A stretch of 64,000 nucleotides of DNA from Macrostomum hystrix (Eukaryota; Animalia; Platyhelminthes). Below, in pieces: positions 1 to 10,200 of this stretch (position 1 is the first letter of the stretch; each line of letters opens with the position of its first letter). Where the stretch lies: NCBI GenBank assembly GCA_950097015.1, contig CATNEN010000010.1:3224001-3288000 (forward strand), read 5' to 3'. Under the pieces are notes generated by a model. It was not told where the DNA came from. It searched no databases and worked only from the letters and a program-made list of their open reading frames with translations. The translations under genes were made by a program, and so were the position numbers.

Positions 1-67
1 CTCGATGCGCTATGAACCGGCCAATGCAATCTATGCGACAGCTGAGAAAGAGTTGAAATACGCGCGG
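1..67 (-). CDS. Partial exon of orphan 'gene A', paralog 1 (runs off the window start)
   Basis: Near-identical to 5351-5417. Open frame PRVFQLFLSCRIDCIGRFIAHR on the minus strand, preceded by a TCTTCAG acceptor and a TACTAAC branch-like site (plus 125-131). Confidence 0.45.
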
Positions 68-356
68 CTGAAGATACATTTGTACTAACTGCATCTGATC
101 GGCAATTAACGACATGTTCAGTCAGTTAGTAAATCAAGTAAAGCAAAAAATAGTTTTGTCTAAAAAAATTCTAAACTTTAATCAAAGCCCACATAGAGTA
201 TATTTTTTCGAACACAGATGAGTCAGTCCACAGACAAATCCAATGAATACAGGCCAGCCAGGGTATTAAGAACAAGAAATTTTTTATCGGCCAAGAAATC
301 AGCCCACAACCAAACTTCGCAAGCAAAGCAGCAACAACAGCACAACAACAGCAGCT

Positions 357-739
357 ATGTCTACTTTCCCATTATTCCCGGCGGCGTTCCGGCACTACGT
401 ACTGGCGTCAGCCGCCGCCGAGTTAGAAGACGCAATGAGATCAACCATGGAGGTGGCAATGGAGGTAGCGGCGGCGGAAGCCTGGACGCCGGAACGGCGC
501 CGGGCTGAAGAAAATATGACAGCCGCTATACGGCGGGTCCGGGCGGCCATGTTACGCATGGCCCGGGCCCGTCGTATAGCGGCAGGGCTGGATCCATATG
601 TGAGTAGTAGATTTTGATTCCTTTCATTTGAATATTTATGAACACATCTGAATTGTAACATCTAAGCTACTAAAGGAAACCTAACAAAATAAATGAAACC
701 TAAAACCCATCTTTCATCCCGCAGCCGGGTGTCCTATGA
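357..739 (+). CDS. Orphan 85-aa Ala/Arg-rich helical protein 'gene B1', join(357..599,725..739)
   Basis: ATG at 357, GTGAGT donor at 600, CTAAC at 681, CCCGCAG acceptor at 724. Exon 2 is CCG GGT GTC CTA TGA. The paralog at 5774-6138 has the same exon lengths and many synonymous changes. Confidence 0.8.
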
Positions 740-1296
740 GAACCAGAGAACCTGGTTCAACACCAACAACACCAGCCGATCTGAGACATTCAATCGTTTC
801 TCTTTGATAACTTTACCTCCTTTGTTATCTTACTGTCAATACTGATTGGTCATACATCTCTGATACTGATACTGAAACGGATACATAAATAAATCAAAAC
901 AATAAAACTGATTAAATGATTGAATGATTAAATTATTCATGCTAATCTCGTCAATACGTGTTATGAATCGTTCTGTTATTTTATTACGTCTATTATTAAC
1001 ATTTGTGCGACAATAAGAACTCACTAACTGACAAGCAAAAAGAAACGAATTTTCGAGATGCATTATTCCTTGTACATTATTGTACATTATTGTACATTAT
1101 TCAGCCATATAAGTTAGTTGGATAAGTTTGAAAAAGTAAAGTACAAACGACGAATAAATTATTATACACTTTCGTATCGCTAAATATAAGATGTTACAAG
1201 ATGCACTTTTAAAACGTGCAGACTATAGGTATGTAGTGCATTAAATTGTGCGTATTTTACCAAAGACATGTCTGCTTGGTACAGCTCGATTTTTCG

Positions 1297-1629
1297 CTAT
1301 TTTTTATGTTCTTCGCATCCAAATTTTTCTTTCGAAAATACAGTCAGATGTTTTTGGCCGTAGACACAAAAAACGGCTGCATATAATTCATATTGTATGC
1401 AGTATTTTTGCAAAAGTTCTTTAAGTAGCGTGGCCATATCTATGGTATTTTCGCGAATATAGCCAGACATTTCATCTATAATTAGTATTTGCGCACTGCC
1501 AAAAACTTTTTCGCGAAAGTACATACGTATTCTTAAGTCAAAACGACTATGATCGTTGACTACTTGAGATCTGTGCATATTGTGCCAGTGGTAAAAAGGT
1601 AAGAAGGCTCTTGTGGAAGACAGTATCAT
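1297..1629 (-). CDS. Hypothetical 110-aa ORF 'D'
   Basis: ORF track. A homologous segment recurs at 6640-6773 plus 12090-12160 and, degenerate, at 4230-4520. No recognised domain. A 1-nt difference in an A-run between copies makes the C-terminal frame uncertain. Confidence 0.35.
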   Translation of the reverse strand: MILSSTRAFLPFYHWHNMHRSQVVNDHSRFDLRIRMYFREKVFGSAQILIIDEMSGYIRENTIDMATLLKELLQKYCIQYELYAAVFCVYGQKHLTVFSKEKFGCEEHKK

Positions 1630-1642
1630 TAGCCATCGTTAC

Positions 1643-1714
1643 CATCGGGCCGTACGTTAGCCAGATTTCAGTTTTTTTCTGAAAGCTTTCATCTGGCTAA
1701 CGTACGGCCCGATG
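1643..1714. other. Hairpin 1: 24-bp perfect inverted repeat, 24-nt loop
   Basis: CATCGGGCCGTACGTTAGCCAGAT (1643-1666) is the reverse complement of 1691-1714. A 9-bp direct repeat CATTAGCCA flanks it at 1627 and 1725. Confidence 0.9.
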
Positions 1715-1737
1715 ATAATGTGAGCATTAGCCAGCCC

Positions 1738-1778
1738 TGCTCTGCACCCGGACATCCCCGCGTTTCAAAATATAAATA
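1738..1778 (-). promoter_or_regulatory. Conserved motif copy 1, adjacent to hairpin 1
   Basis: TGCTCTGCACCCGG-n-CGTTTCAAAATATAAATA, repeated at 1963-1999. It reads TATTTATA...CCGGGTGCAGAGCA on the minus strand. The regulatory role is inferred. Confidence 0.45.
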
Positions 1779-1817
1779 TACCGGACTGCTATGGTATTGT
1801 AGTGTATAGTGATTCGG

Positions 1818-1961
1818 TGTGACGGTTCAGTGGTTCACATACTGCGACATGTCACATACTGGTTGAACAGTATAATGTATTTTCGCGTCCTTCAACGGAA
1901 GCTGCTAAGATATCTGCTGGCTATGTGACATGTCGCAGTATGTGAACCACGAACCGTCACA
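1818..1961. other. Hairpin 2: ~40-bp inverted repeat (one bulge), ~63-nt loop
   Basis: TGTGACGGTTC(A)GTGGTTCACATACTGCGACATGTCACATA (1818-1858) pairs with 1922-1961. Confidence 0.9.
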
Positions 1962-1962
1962 T

Positions 1963-1999
1963 TGCTCTGCACCCGGTCACCCGTTTCAAAATATAAATA
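1963..1999 (-). promoter_or_regulatory. Conserved motif copy 2, adjacent to hairpin 2
   Basis: TGCTCTGCACCCGGTCACCCGTTTCAAAATATAAATA matches 1738-1778. Confidence 0.45.
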
Positions 2000-2081
2000 A
2001 ATAATAAACAAAAATAATTTAGTGTTTGTAATTTGTTTAATTGTTAATAGTACACAACTTCTTATCTTGTTTATTCTATCA

Positions 2082-2291
2082 TTAAAATAATATGAACTGA
2101 ACTGACTGGCGGTTATGCGGTTTACATTGGCGTTGAGACTTATTACAAGACCGACGTAATCGTAATCGATCAGTCTGAGATATTATGTTTGTATTTATAT
2201 TGCGCAAAACCTGAGAATAATGAAGTAGACTTAAAACTAAAATTGATGTAATAAGAATAGACAGTAGTGGAATAAAATCGCTTAGAATCAA
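2082..2291 (-). CDS. Possible small ORF or exon with QTDRLRLRRxCxKSxRQC motif
   Basis: The motif is retained in the homologous segment at ~6340-6430, which is in frame with ORF 6099-6353. There is no ATG start, so it may be an internal exon. Confidence 0.25.
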   Translation of the reverse strand: MILSDFIPLLSILITSILVLSLLHYSQVLRNINTNIISQTDRLRLRRSCNKSQRQCKPHNRQSVQFILF

Positions 2292-2494
2292 ATCGCGTAA
2301 AAGTTTAATTTTTTTAGTTTATTCTTATATCAACGTATATTAAATCAATCGATTAAATCAAGTTCAGTCTGAATTTATTATAAGTGAGTGAGTCGATTAT
2401 TCAGCCAGCCAGCCAGCCAGCCAGCCAATCAGCCAGTAGACAGACAAAGCAGCCCAATCTGAGTTGCACGCCGAGCCAATTGAATTGAATGAAA

Positions 2495-3988
2495 TCAATT
2501 GCCGCACAGACATTGTCGCGTCTTGATCAATCGGCCGTGTCTTGACACTGTCGTAGTCAATATATTGTGTGTGCATATACAATACGAGCGTCTAGATGCA
2601 TGCAAAGCATCAGTCGCAGGTATAGTCGATTGCGATGACTGCACATCACTTAATGACATTGCGACATCGTCGTCAAGGTCGGCGGTCAGAACCAATTCTG
2701 CTGCGGCATCGGCATCTCCTTGCGGCACTGTCACATCAGATAGCTGTTCATCAGAATCGTTGTTGACATCAGCAATGATGATCTCCATTGCGACATCAAA
2801 CATATCATCGATGTGACTTGCTTCGGAATGGGCAGCGAAATCCGATCCAGCAGCAGCAGCAACACAATCCGTATTGGTAGACAGAAATTGCATAGCGGCA
2901 GGTTGCATCAAGTCGAGCAGAATCTGCGCCATTTCAATGTCATCACCGTGACCGGATGATGTACCAATACACACTGACTGCGTGCTGACATTGGCTTCGA
3001 TGGAAACATCGGTCACACCGTTTTGTGCACTGACACCAACTGTCGCTGTTGTTACTCTTGGCGCACAGACAGGAATAAAAACAGGTAGCGGCACCGGAAC
3101 GAAATACGGCACCTCGACAGTTGGAATCGGCAACATAGGCATCGCTGGTGATCCGATTGGCTCAATTTGCAAAATTGGCATTGATGGCGATGGTACTGGC
3201 GAGTGATCCGATTGGATTGTTTCTGCTGCTGCTTCAATCGCATTGTGATTAAGCGGAGTAGATGTACAAATTGGATGCCGTACTGATCCAATTGACACAC
3301 TGTCCGCTTGGCTCACATGTTCAGCAGGCTCGTCAGTACTTGTTGCATAGATGATGCCTGATTCAGCTGCGCTATCTTCTATGATGATAGTTTCTGCTGG
3401 CTGCTCTGCTGCTGACTGCTCTGCTGCTGGCTGCTCTGCTGATGGCTGCTCTGCTACTGGCTGCTCTGCTACTGGCTGCTCTGCTACTGGCTGCTCTGCT
3501 ACTGGCTGCTCTGCTGCTGGCAGTCGACGGGCAATGTAGCGCTCGTGCATATAGTCGATAATCTCGCCGACCACAGCTGGTAGTGGATCCAGTTGTTCAA
3601 GCTGGACCACTTCGCCCATTGCCGCTGCTCCCGCCACTGCCACTGGCTTAGCTGGTTGGCCACCGACGCGACGCTGCGGATTCCGCTTACATCTATATTG
3701 ATGATGCAACATGTTGGACGTTATTTTGTTGCAATGCGGACACGCTAGCACACGTCCACCGGCAGCGACATCTACACCAGCCCGCTGTAGTTGCAGCATC
3801 TTCCAGACGGCACTTCCACGCTCCTTAACCGACGCGAATAGCGATGGCCTTTGACCAACAGGTAGGACTGTCCAGTCAAATTCGGCATGGACAGCTTTAT
3901 GCGCCTCTATAAAATGTCTTCGCATCATATTGGCGCGGATTTGCTGGCCGCAGAAATGGCAGAAGCGGAGTCCGTTGTTGTCTTCCAT
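2495..3988 (-). CDS. Intronless 497-aa protein: N-terminal CxxC..H..H and CxxC..H..C zinc-finger pair, AEQP(V/S/A) pentapeptide repeats, acidic low-complexity region, Cys-containing tail
   Basis: Long ORF with ATG start. Motifs FCHFC...RRHFIEAH and CPHC...HHQYRC. 15-bp repeats at ~3395-3520. Confidence 0.75.
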   Translation of the reverse strand: MEDNNGLRFCHFCGQQIRANMMRRHFIEAHKAVHAEFDWTVLPVGQRPSLFASVKERGSAVWKMLQLQRAGVDVAAGGRVLACPHCNKITSNMLHHQYRCKRNPQRRVGGQPAKPVAVAGAAAMGEVVQLEQLDPLPAVVGEIIDYMHERYIARRLPAAEQPVAEQPVAEQPVAEQPVAEQPSAEQPAAEQSAAEQPAETIIIEDSAAESGIIYATSTDEPAEHVSQADSVSIGSVRHPICTSTPLNHNAIEAAAETIQSDHSPVPSPSMPILQIEPIGSPAMPMLPIPTVEVPYFVPVPLPVFIPVCAPRVTTATVGVSAQNGVTDVSIEANVSTQSVCIGTSSGHGDDIEMAQILLDLMQPAAMQFLSTNTDCVAAAAGSDFAAHSEASHIDDMFDVAMEIIIADVNNDSDEQLSDVTVPQGDADAAAELVLTADLDDDVAMSLSDVQSSQSTIPATDALHASRRSYCICTHNILTTTVSRHGRLIKTRQCLCGN

Positions 3989-4187
3989 TGCAGCTTAAAT
4001 ATAGTCGTTCGCTGGCTAGCCTGCTGAATAATCGACAGAGTGGTCGTTGTGGCTGAATTTTAATTATCGATTTGCGTGCGCGCGCGCATATATTTACCTA
4101 GCACTGCTCATATCCTGTACAGAGCAGCAGTCAGACACATAGACATAGACAGGCATCGTCAACTGGGTCTAAGCTATTTCCATATAT

Positions 4188-4500
4188 AGTATTTTCGCGA
4201 AAATACTGCTATGCTCTATAAACAAAGGTAAGGGCAGTATTTTTGCAAAAGTTCTTGAAGTAGTGTGCATGGCTACATCTTATGGTATTTTCGCGAAAAT
4301 ACTGCTATGCTATTAAACAAAGGTAGTTGGCGGTATTTTTGCAAAAGTTCTTAAAGTAGTGTGCGTGGCTACATCTTATGGTATTTTCGCGAAAATACTG
4401 CTATGCTATTAAACAAAGGTAGTTGGCGGTATTTTTGCAAAAGTTATTAAAGTAGGTAGTGTGCGTGGCTACATCTTATGGTATTTTCGCGAATGTAGAT
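4188..4500. repeat. ~96-bp tandem repeat carrying the perfect palindrome GTATTTTCGCGAAAATAC
   Basis: Palindrome at 4189, 4285 and 4381, with a partial copy at 4481. The unit shares sequence with ORF D (1400-1460). Confidence 0.85.
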
Positions 4501-5084
4501 ACGTATTCTCAGACAAAGTGACTTGTACTTTTTACCATCGACAAATTTAGTTATGCACTGTTGCCATTAGTTATAATGAAATTAATTAACTGATTAATAT
4601 AATTAAAAGTTGGTATTTGATTAACACATCTAAGTATTCAAAGTCGACAGTTCATGATGCCTGCAAATGTTTTAAACTACTTTTACATATTTTTACATAT
4701 ACTTTTACTTATACTATTTTACACTAGCTCTCGTTCACCTACGTGGTAATATTCAAAGCAAAAGACAGTTTGCCGTCTCTATTGACAATATATTGTCGCG
4801 TTTACCATTAATCATAATCAGATGACTGATGAGATCAGTCAGTAATAAAAATATTACGCGAACACAGATGTGTACAGCTAGTCAATCGGTAATTATTAAT
4901 ACGGTTATTATTAAATTTCACCGATGCATATATATAGAGTATAAATATATATAGAATTTCATTGATTAAACAAATAATCGTGCTATTCTATAATTTGTCT
5001 GATTTGCAAAGTCGCGAGAGCAAAAATAAACGTGTAAACTATAATACATAAAATTCTGCATATAAATTCTGTATTTTACAGCAT

Positions 5085-5417
5085 TCATTGTTCGATGTAC
5101 CAGTAGCGAACTCCATGTATGATGAGCTGGAGTTCAGCTTGGGCGTCCTCAAAAAGCTCTAGCACTTCGATGATGTCTTGTGCTTCATCCTCTCTTATAC
5201 CAGTCACGGACAAGACAGCCTTATAGTCTTCTGCTGACCGGTGCTGTTGCAGCCATTCTTGAGTGCGCCGTAATAATAAGCATAACTCATTAGCGCTATA
5301 CTCAGCATTTGGAACACCGCGCTGCAAACTAGGTAGCTGCTCGAAGCACCCTCGATGCGCTATGAACCGGCCAATGCAATCTATGCGACAGCTGAGAAAG
5401 AGTTGAAATACGTGCGG
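5085..5417 (-). CDS. Terminal exon of orphan 'gene A', paralog 2 (110 codons plus stop)
   Basis: The frame is open from the TCTTCAG acceptor at 5418 to the stop at 5085. TACTAAC lies at plus 5453-5459 and is conserved in paralog 1. The upstream exon was not identified. Confidence 0.5.
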   Translation of the reverse strand, partial: PHVFQLFLSCRIDCIGRFIAHRGCFEQLPSLQRGVPNAEYSANELCLLLRRTQEWLQQHRSAEDYKAVLSVTGIREDEAQDIIEVLELFEDAQAELQLIIHGVRYWYIEQ

Positions 5418-6773
5418 CTGAAGATAACTGACTGAAGATGAAGGTTCAGTCAGTTAGTAAATCAAGCCAGCCTAAAGCAAAAAAAAATTTAAGTTATAAA
5501 AAATTTTTAAACTTGAATCAAAGTCCCCATAGAGTATATTTTATCAAACACAGGTAAGTCAGTCCACAAACAAATCAAATGAATACAGGCCAGTCTGGGT
5601 ATTAAGAACATGAAATATTTCTCGGCCAAGAAATCAGCCCACAACCAAATAAACAGCAGCAACAGCAGTAGCAGCCAGCAGTAGCAGCCAGCAGCAACAC
5701 CAGTAGCAGCCACCAGTAGCAACCATCAGCAACAGCAGTAGCCACCAGCAATAACACCATTAGCAGCGAGAAAATGAGTAAATTTCCGATGTTCCCGGCT
5801 GCGTTCCGCAAACACGTATTAGAAAGAGCTGCCGTGGAGTTAGAAGCAGCTTTGGAGGCTGCGAATGAAGCAGCGATTGCGGTGGCTGCAGCGGAGGCCT
5901 GGGCGCCGGGACGGCGCGTGGCGGAGGACGCGATGGCCGTAGCTATGCGACGGGTTAAGGCGGCCATGCTTCGCATGGCCAGGGCCCGTCGCATAGCTGA
6001 CGGGCTGGATCCCTATGTGAGTAGTAGCTTTTTAATTTTATTTTCATTTGAATATTTATTAACACATCTGATAACCGAGCTAACAAACTAAATGAAACCT
6101 AAAACCCATCTTTCATCCCGCAGCCGGGTGTGCTATGAGCCATGTGGCTGGCGAACTCTTGCAGCAGCACTGGGTTGTAGGGCACGACCCACCTAGCGTA
6201 GCGTAAGATTTGTTGGCAAAATCTAAAGTGACTATTCCCGAGTGCAGAGTTGCTGCTTGATAAATGCAGCTCAAAATGCACCTGACGGTTATTAGTTTTT
6301 ATAGTTTTCACAATAAATAACTTCTTATCTTGGTTATTTATTTTATCATTCAAATAATATGGTGTACATTGGCGATGAGACTTACTACAATAGCGACGTA
6401 ATCGTAATCGATCAGTCTGATATATAATTTCATGTAAAGTTTATACAAGTTCCTCATGTAAAAAACATTAATAATGACGAAGAACTTGAAAAAAGTAAAG
6501 TACAAACGACTAATAAATTATTACACGCTTACGTCTTGCTAGATATGCCAAGATGGGCAATTAAAACATGCAAACTGGGTATGTAGTGCATAAAATCGTG
6601 CGTATTTTAACATAGACATATCTGCTTGGTACAGCTCGATTTTTTCGCGATTTTATTCTTCGTATCCACATTTTTTCTTTCGAAAATACAGTCAGACGTT
6701 TTTGGCCATAGACACAAAAACGACTGCATATAATTCATATTGTATGCAGTATTTTTGCAAAAGCTCTTTAAGT
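5351..6773 (+). repeat. Diverged and rearranged duplicate of 1-~1426, continuing at 12090-12160 after the P element
   Basis: 5351 onward matches position 1 onward. 6085-6138 matches ~685-739, 6490-6773 matches ~1130-1426, and 12090-12158 matches ~1419-1488. Confidence 0.9.
5774..6138 (+). CDS. Orphan 85-aa protein 'gene B2', join(5774..6016,6124..6138)
   Basis: Paralog of B1 with 59/85 aa identical by hand alignment. Same GTGAGT donor, CCCGCAG acceptor and PGVL* terminal exon. Confidence 0.8.
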
Positions 6774-7288
6774 CACAGATTCTATATTACCTAGATTGGT
6801 CACTCCAAGAGAAATCGTTCGTTCATCGAAAACCCAGTGTTTTTGCCACAGACACGAGTTAAATACTGCGCATTAATATATCTTTTTAGTAAACTATGTT
6901 ATTTGCCTTTAACGCTAGGCGAGCCAATATTGAGAAATGACTTTTAATTGGAGAAAACGCGAGTAACAAATTTCTAAGCCGAATATTTATTGAATGCGCG
7001 GAACAATAAAACAAATAAAGATAACATGGTGATTAAACAAGCAAGTATGACAGGCAAGCATGACAGATAAGCATGACAAGCAAAAACAGTATTCAAGAAA
7101 GCGTGTCAAATAAGTAAAATAATGAAGCACAGTGAGTACCCTAACCATGCATCATTTCACAACTTCTTGAGCTTGCGGTTAGCAATAGCGCGATCTCTTT
7201 CCTTCCGCACAGTCTCCATCTTCTCTCGGCACCACTGATGCAATCGCATGTGCACAAAAAGCCTTGCCGCTTGTGCATTGCTTTCGGC

Positions 7289-10200
7289 TCAATGTTCGAT
7301 ACAAAATGGAAGCTGCACACTAAATCGCACAAATCTGCCGATGATTCTTGCCCCAATGGCATCAGCAGCTGCTGCTGTTGACATTTCTCGACGAAAAATC
7401 TCCTCTATCTTGCAGAATATCGCAACACACGCGCTCGACGGCTGAGTAAGGCCGTATCGAGAGTCTTCAAAGTTTTTGTGGGCGAAGATTCGAGCAGGTG
7501 ACTCGTCTGTTACCAACTGATCCTTACAGCTGTCGCATGCAAAAATTTGCAGCTTCCGAAAAATCCATCCTCCGATGTAAGGGATTACTTCAGTAGCCTC
7601 CACTTTGTCGAATGCAATTTCTGTTGCAACGTCTCCATCTGCAGAAACTGCCCGATTCTGCTGGGGCTGCTCTGCAGCTGAAGTTGATGCAGCCGTGACC
7701 TTCTCACGTAAGTCACGAATCTCAACTGCCATGGCATAACCATCGTCCTCACAGTTTGTGCCATTCGCAAGCTTGCGTTCCATTTTGCCAGCACTGATGG
7801 ATCGAAGTGCACCGAGAAACGCATGCAGTTCCGGCTTCTCGTTGAAGCCATTGCGGCCTCTCACCATGGAGAAAAAATTCTGCAGCAGAAACAAGAAAGC
7901 ATTAACACTATATGTAACAACTGAAAAGCATTTTCAGGCAGATACCTCGACATGATCCTGGGAAAGGCGTCGAAGGCACAAATACGACACACCAGCTTCC
8001 GTTAGACCAAATGAATGATGCGCTTCGCTGACTCGATAGAAAGCAGCAAGCCTTCTTTAAACGGCATGGCTGCCTTACTCCTTCCACCCCTCACAGGCGA
8101 GAATCGCCATGTCAAAATGAATTCTTGCGCTGCTGACAGCTGGCGCAGTACCATCTCAGCGGACTCTTCGGTAACTGCACCTTTTCCATGCTTGCCGAAT
8201 AAACTAGCAGAGTCAAGAATGTCAAACATCTCGTTTACTTTCTCCACAAACTCAGCTGTCTGCAGAGCGGACTTCTCCATTCGATCATTATCAACCAGAA
8301 CTCGCATGCCTCTCGCAACGGAATGTACGTCCAGTATGAAGTACACGGGCTCGCCTGTAGTTGGATGTGGGAAGCTTGGCTGCGGCAAGGAGACCGTCTT
8401 CTTGATGTGCGCCCACTGTGTAGGCTCTTGATCAGTCACCACTGCCTTCACACAAATTTCTGCTTCATTGGCGGCCTTCAGGCATTCGTTGATGGCAGCC
8501 TTGAATTCCGGTTGTTTTTGGCCGTGGTAGACAAAGTAGCAGGCGATGGGCTGTTTCCACGGGGCCGCGATGCCTCGCAGTTGTGCAACAATGGCCTGAT
8601 TCGCCGGCTTTGCATTTTCCAACGCCTCGAATCCTGAAGCCAGTCCAATAATTGCATCGCTATTCTTGTCAAACCTGACTGATGGAGAGATGCGCATTCC
8701 GTCCAGGCAGAGCGTAGCGATCTTCTCCTCCCTGGACTTTCGTGAAAAGTAGGTCTTCAGTTCAGAAATGGTGAAGCTGCAGACTCCGGTATCCGAAAAA
8801 AATAATCGAATTCTGCGCTTCAGAACTGTTTCGGATGGAAGCAGAAGGCCTGATTGCTTGCGTAAGAACCGATAAGCAGCAGGACTCAAGTGGTGAATCA
8901 CAATGGCTTCTCGCACCTGCTTGCGATTCCAGCGCATACCGCGATTTCGAATTCGGCGTGTGAAGTGGGTGCGGGTTTTTGCAATCCGATGACCTGTCCT
9001 CAAGAGAGAAGGGGAGTGTGGGAATGGCGATAGAGTTAGAAGTCATACCGCAAAGCCTCGCGATTTATCGCGGGGAGAGGGATGAAGGGAGAGATGAAGG
9101 GAGACAGTGGATGCAGGGAGTGGTCCTCTCGGCCTCAGGCTGGCCAGTCCCACTCAACCCATAGGCCACAGGCATGACTGCCGTGCCTACCCCAAGCAGT
9201 GCTCGAAACCGGCTAAAGTCTAAAGAGATATCGGACTACCCGCAAGCAGGTAGGACAGGGCTAGATAGCCTACTGTCATCAGTAGCATGTACATAACTGA
9301 CTCCTAACAGTGGTAGCAGTGGTCGATTCGGCCCAGGCTCTTGTCTTAGAAATGCGGAAAGGCTATTGGCAAAGCGGAAAATGATCTAGGGTAGCACCAC
9401 CACCCAATGCGCCTACGTTGCCACCGCAGACATTTGGGAACTTGGGTCCCCGGAGTTCACAGCTCCTAGTTTGTCACACAGATCTCAGACAAGCCGAAAA
9501 ATAGGGCATTCTGTAACTTCCGTTTTAGACTAGGGCTAAGACCCCAGAATGAATCGAGACACGCCTCAACAGGGGATTCCTGAAACAGCGCTACAGTGGT
9601 CTAGATAGGTGGTACTCCGAACTCGAATGAGAAACCCATAGCCGGAATCCTACTCATGAAACATCAGGCACATTCCTTACATTAGATTGCAGCCTGCACA
9701 GTAAATAACTAGCAAATCCGAATCTGTGTGAGATGAGGAGATCAGAGGCAGGAGAGGTTAAGCAGAGCACTGGCTGAGTGATTATGCAAGCGATGGTTAT
9801 TAGATCACACCCCTCGCTCCCATGGCGGCGGCAGCGAGAGGCGGGGAGCAGAAGGGAAACTTAATTGACAAGGGAGGTTGACACGCACTCCTTGATCCAC
9901 CAGAAAGAGAGGAAAAACCCGCCAAGGAATTTCCCCACCCCTAGCAGAGAAACACATGCTACGCTCCGCATATTACTCGCAAATCCCTAGCTCCTTATTA
10001 CTCTCATGCGCGCTCACAGTTGTCTTCCTGCCGCAGCTTTCAGCTCGGCATCACCAGAGCCCACCCCCTAATGAGTTAGCCGCTCATGATTGAGGGCTGT
10101 CTAACGATAAAATAAAGAGAAAAGAATAGCATGATAAAAAGGTTTGGTTGTTATTAAATTGGCCTAATTATTAAGGTTTGGCATATTGGTAATGAATAGT

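Noticed and set aside
218-508. 96-aa ORF overlapping gene B1
   Set aside because: The start codon and frame are not preserved in the duplicate (ATG lost, stop present), while the overlapping gene B frame is conserved.
836-1629. PIF1-like Walker B strings (RIDEISM in 836-1087, QILIIDEMS in ORF D)
   Set aside because: There is no Walker A or other helicase motif (such as PFGG) in context, so this is probably coincidence.
1761-1778. CGTTTCA plus an AT-rich tract resembles the nematode piRNA upstream motif CTGTTTCA
   Set aside because: It is a mismatched short match, the organism does not look like a nematode, and no 21U context can be shown.
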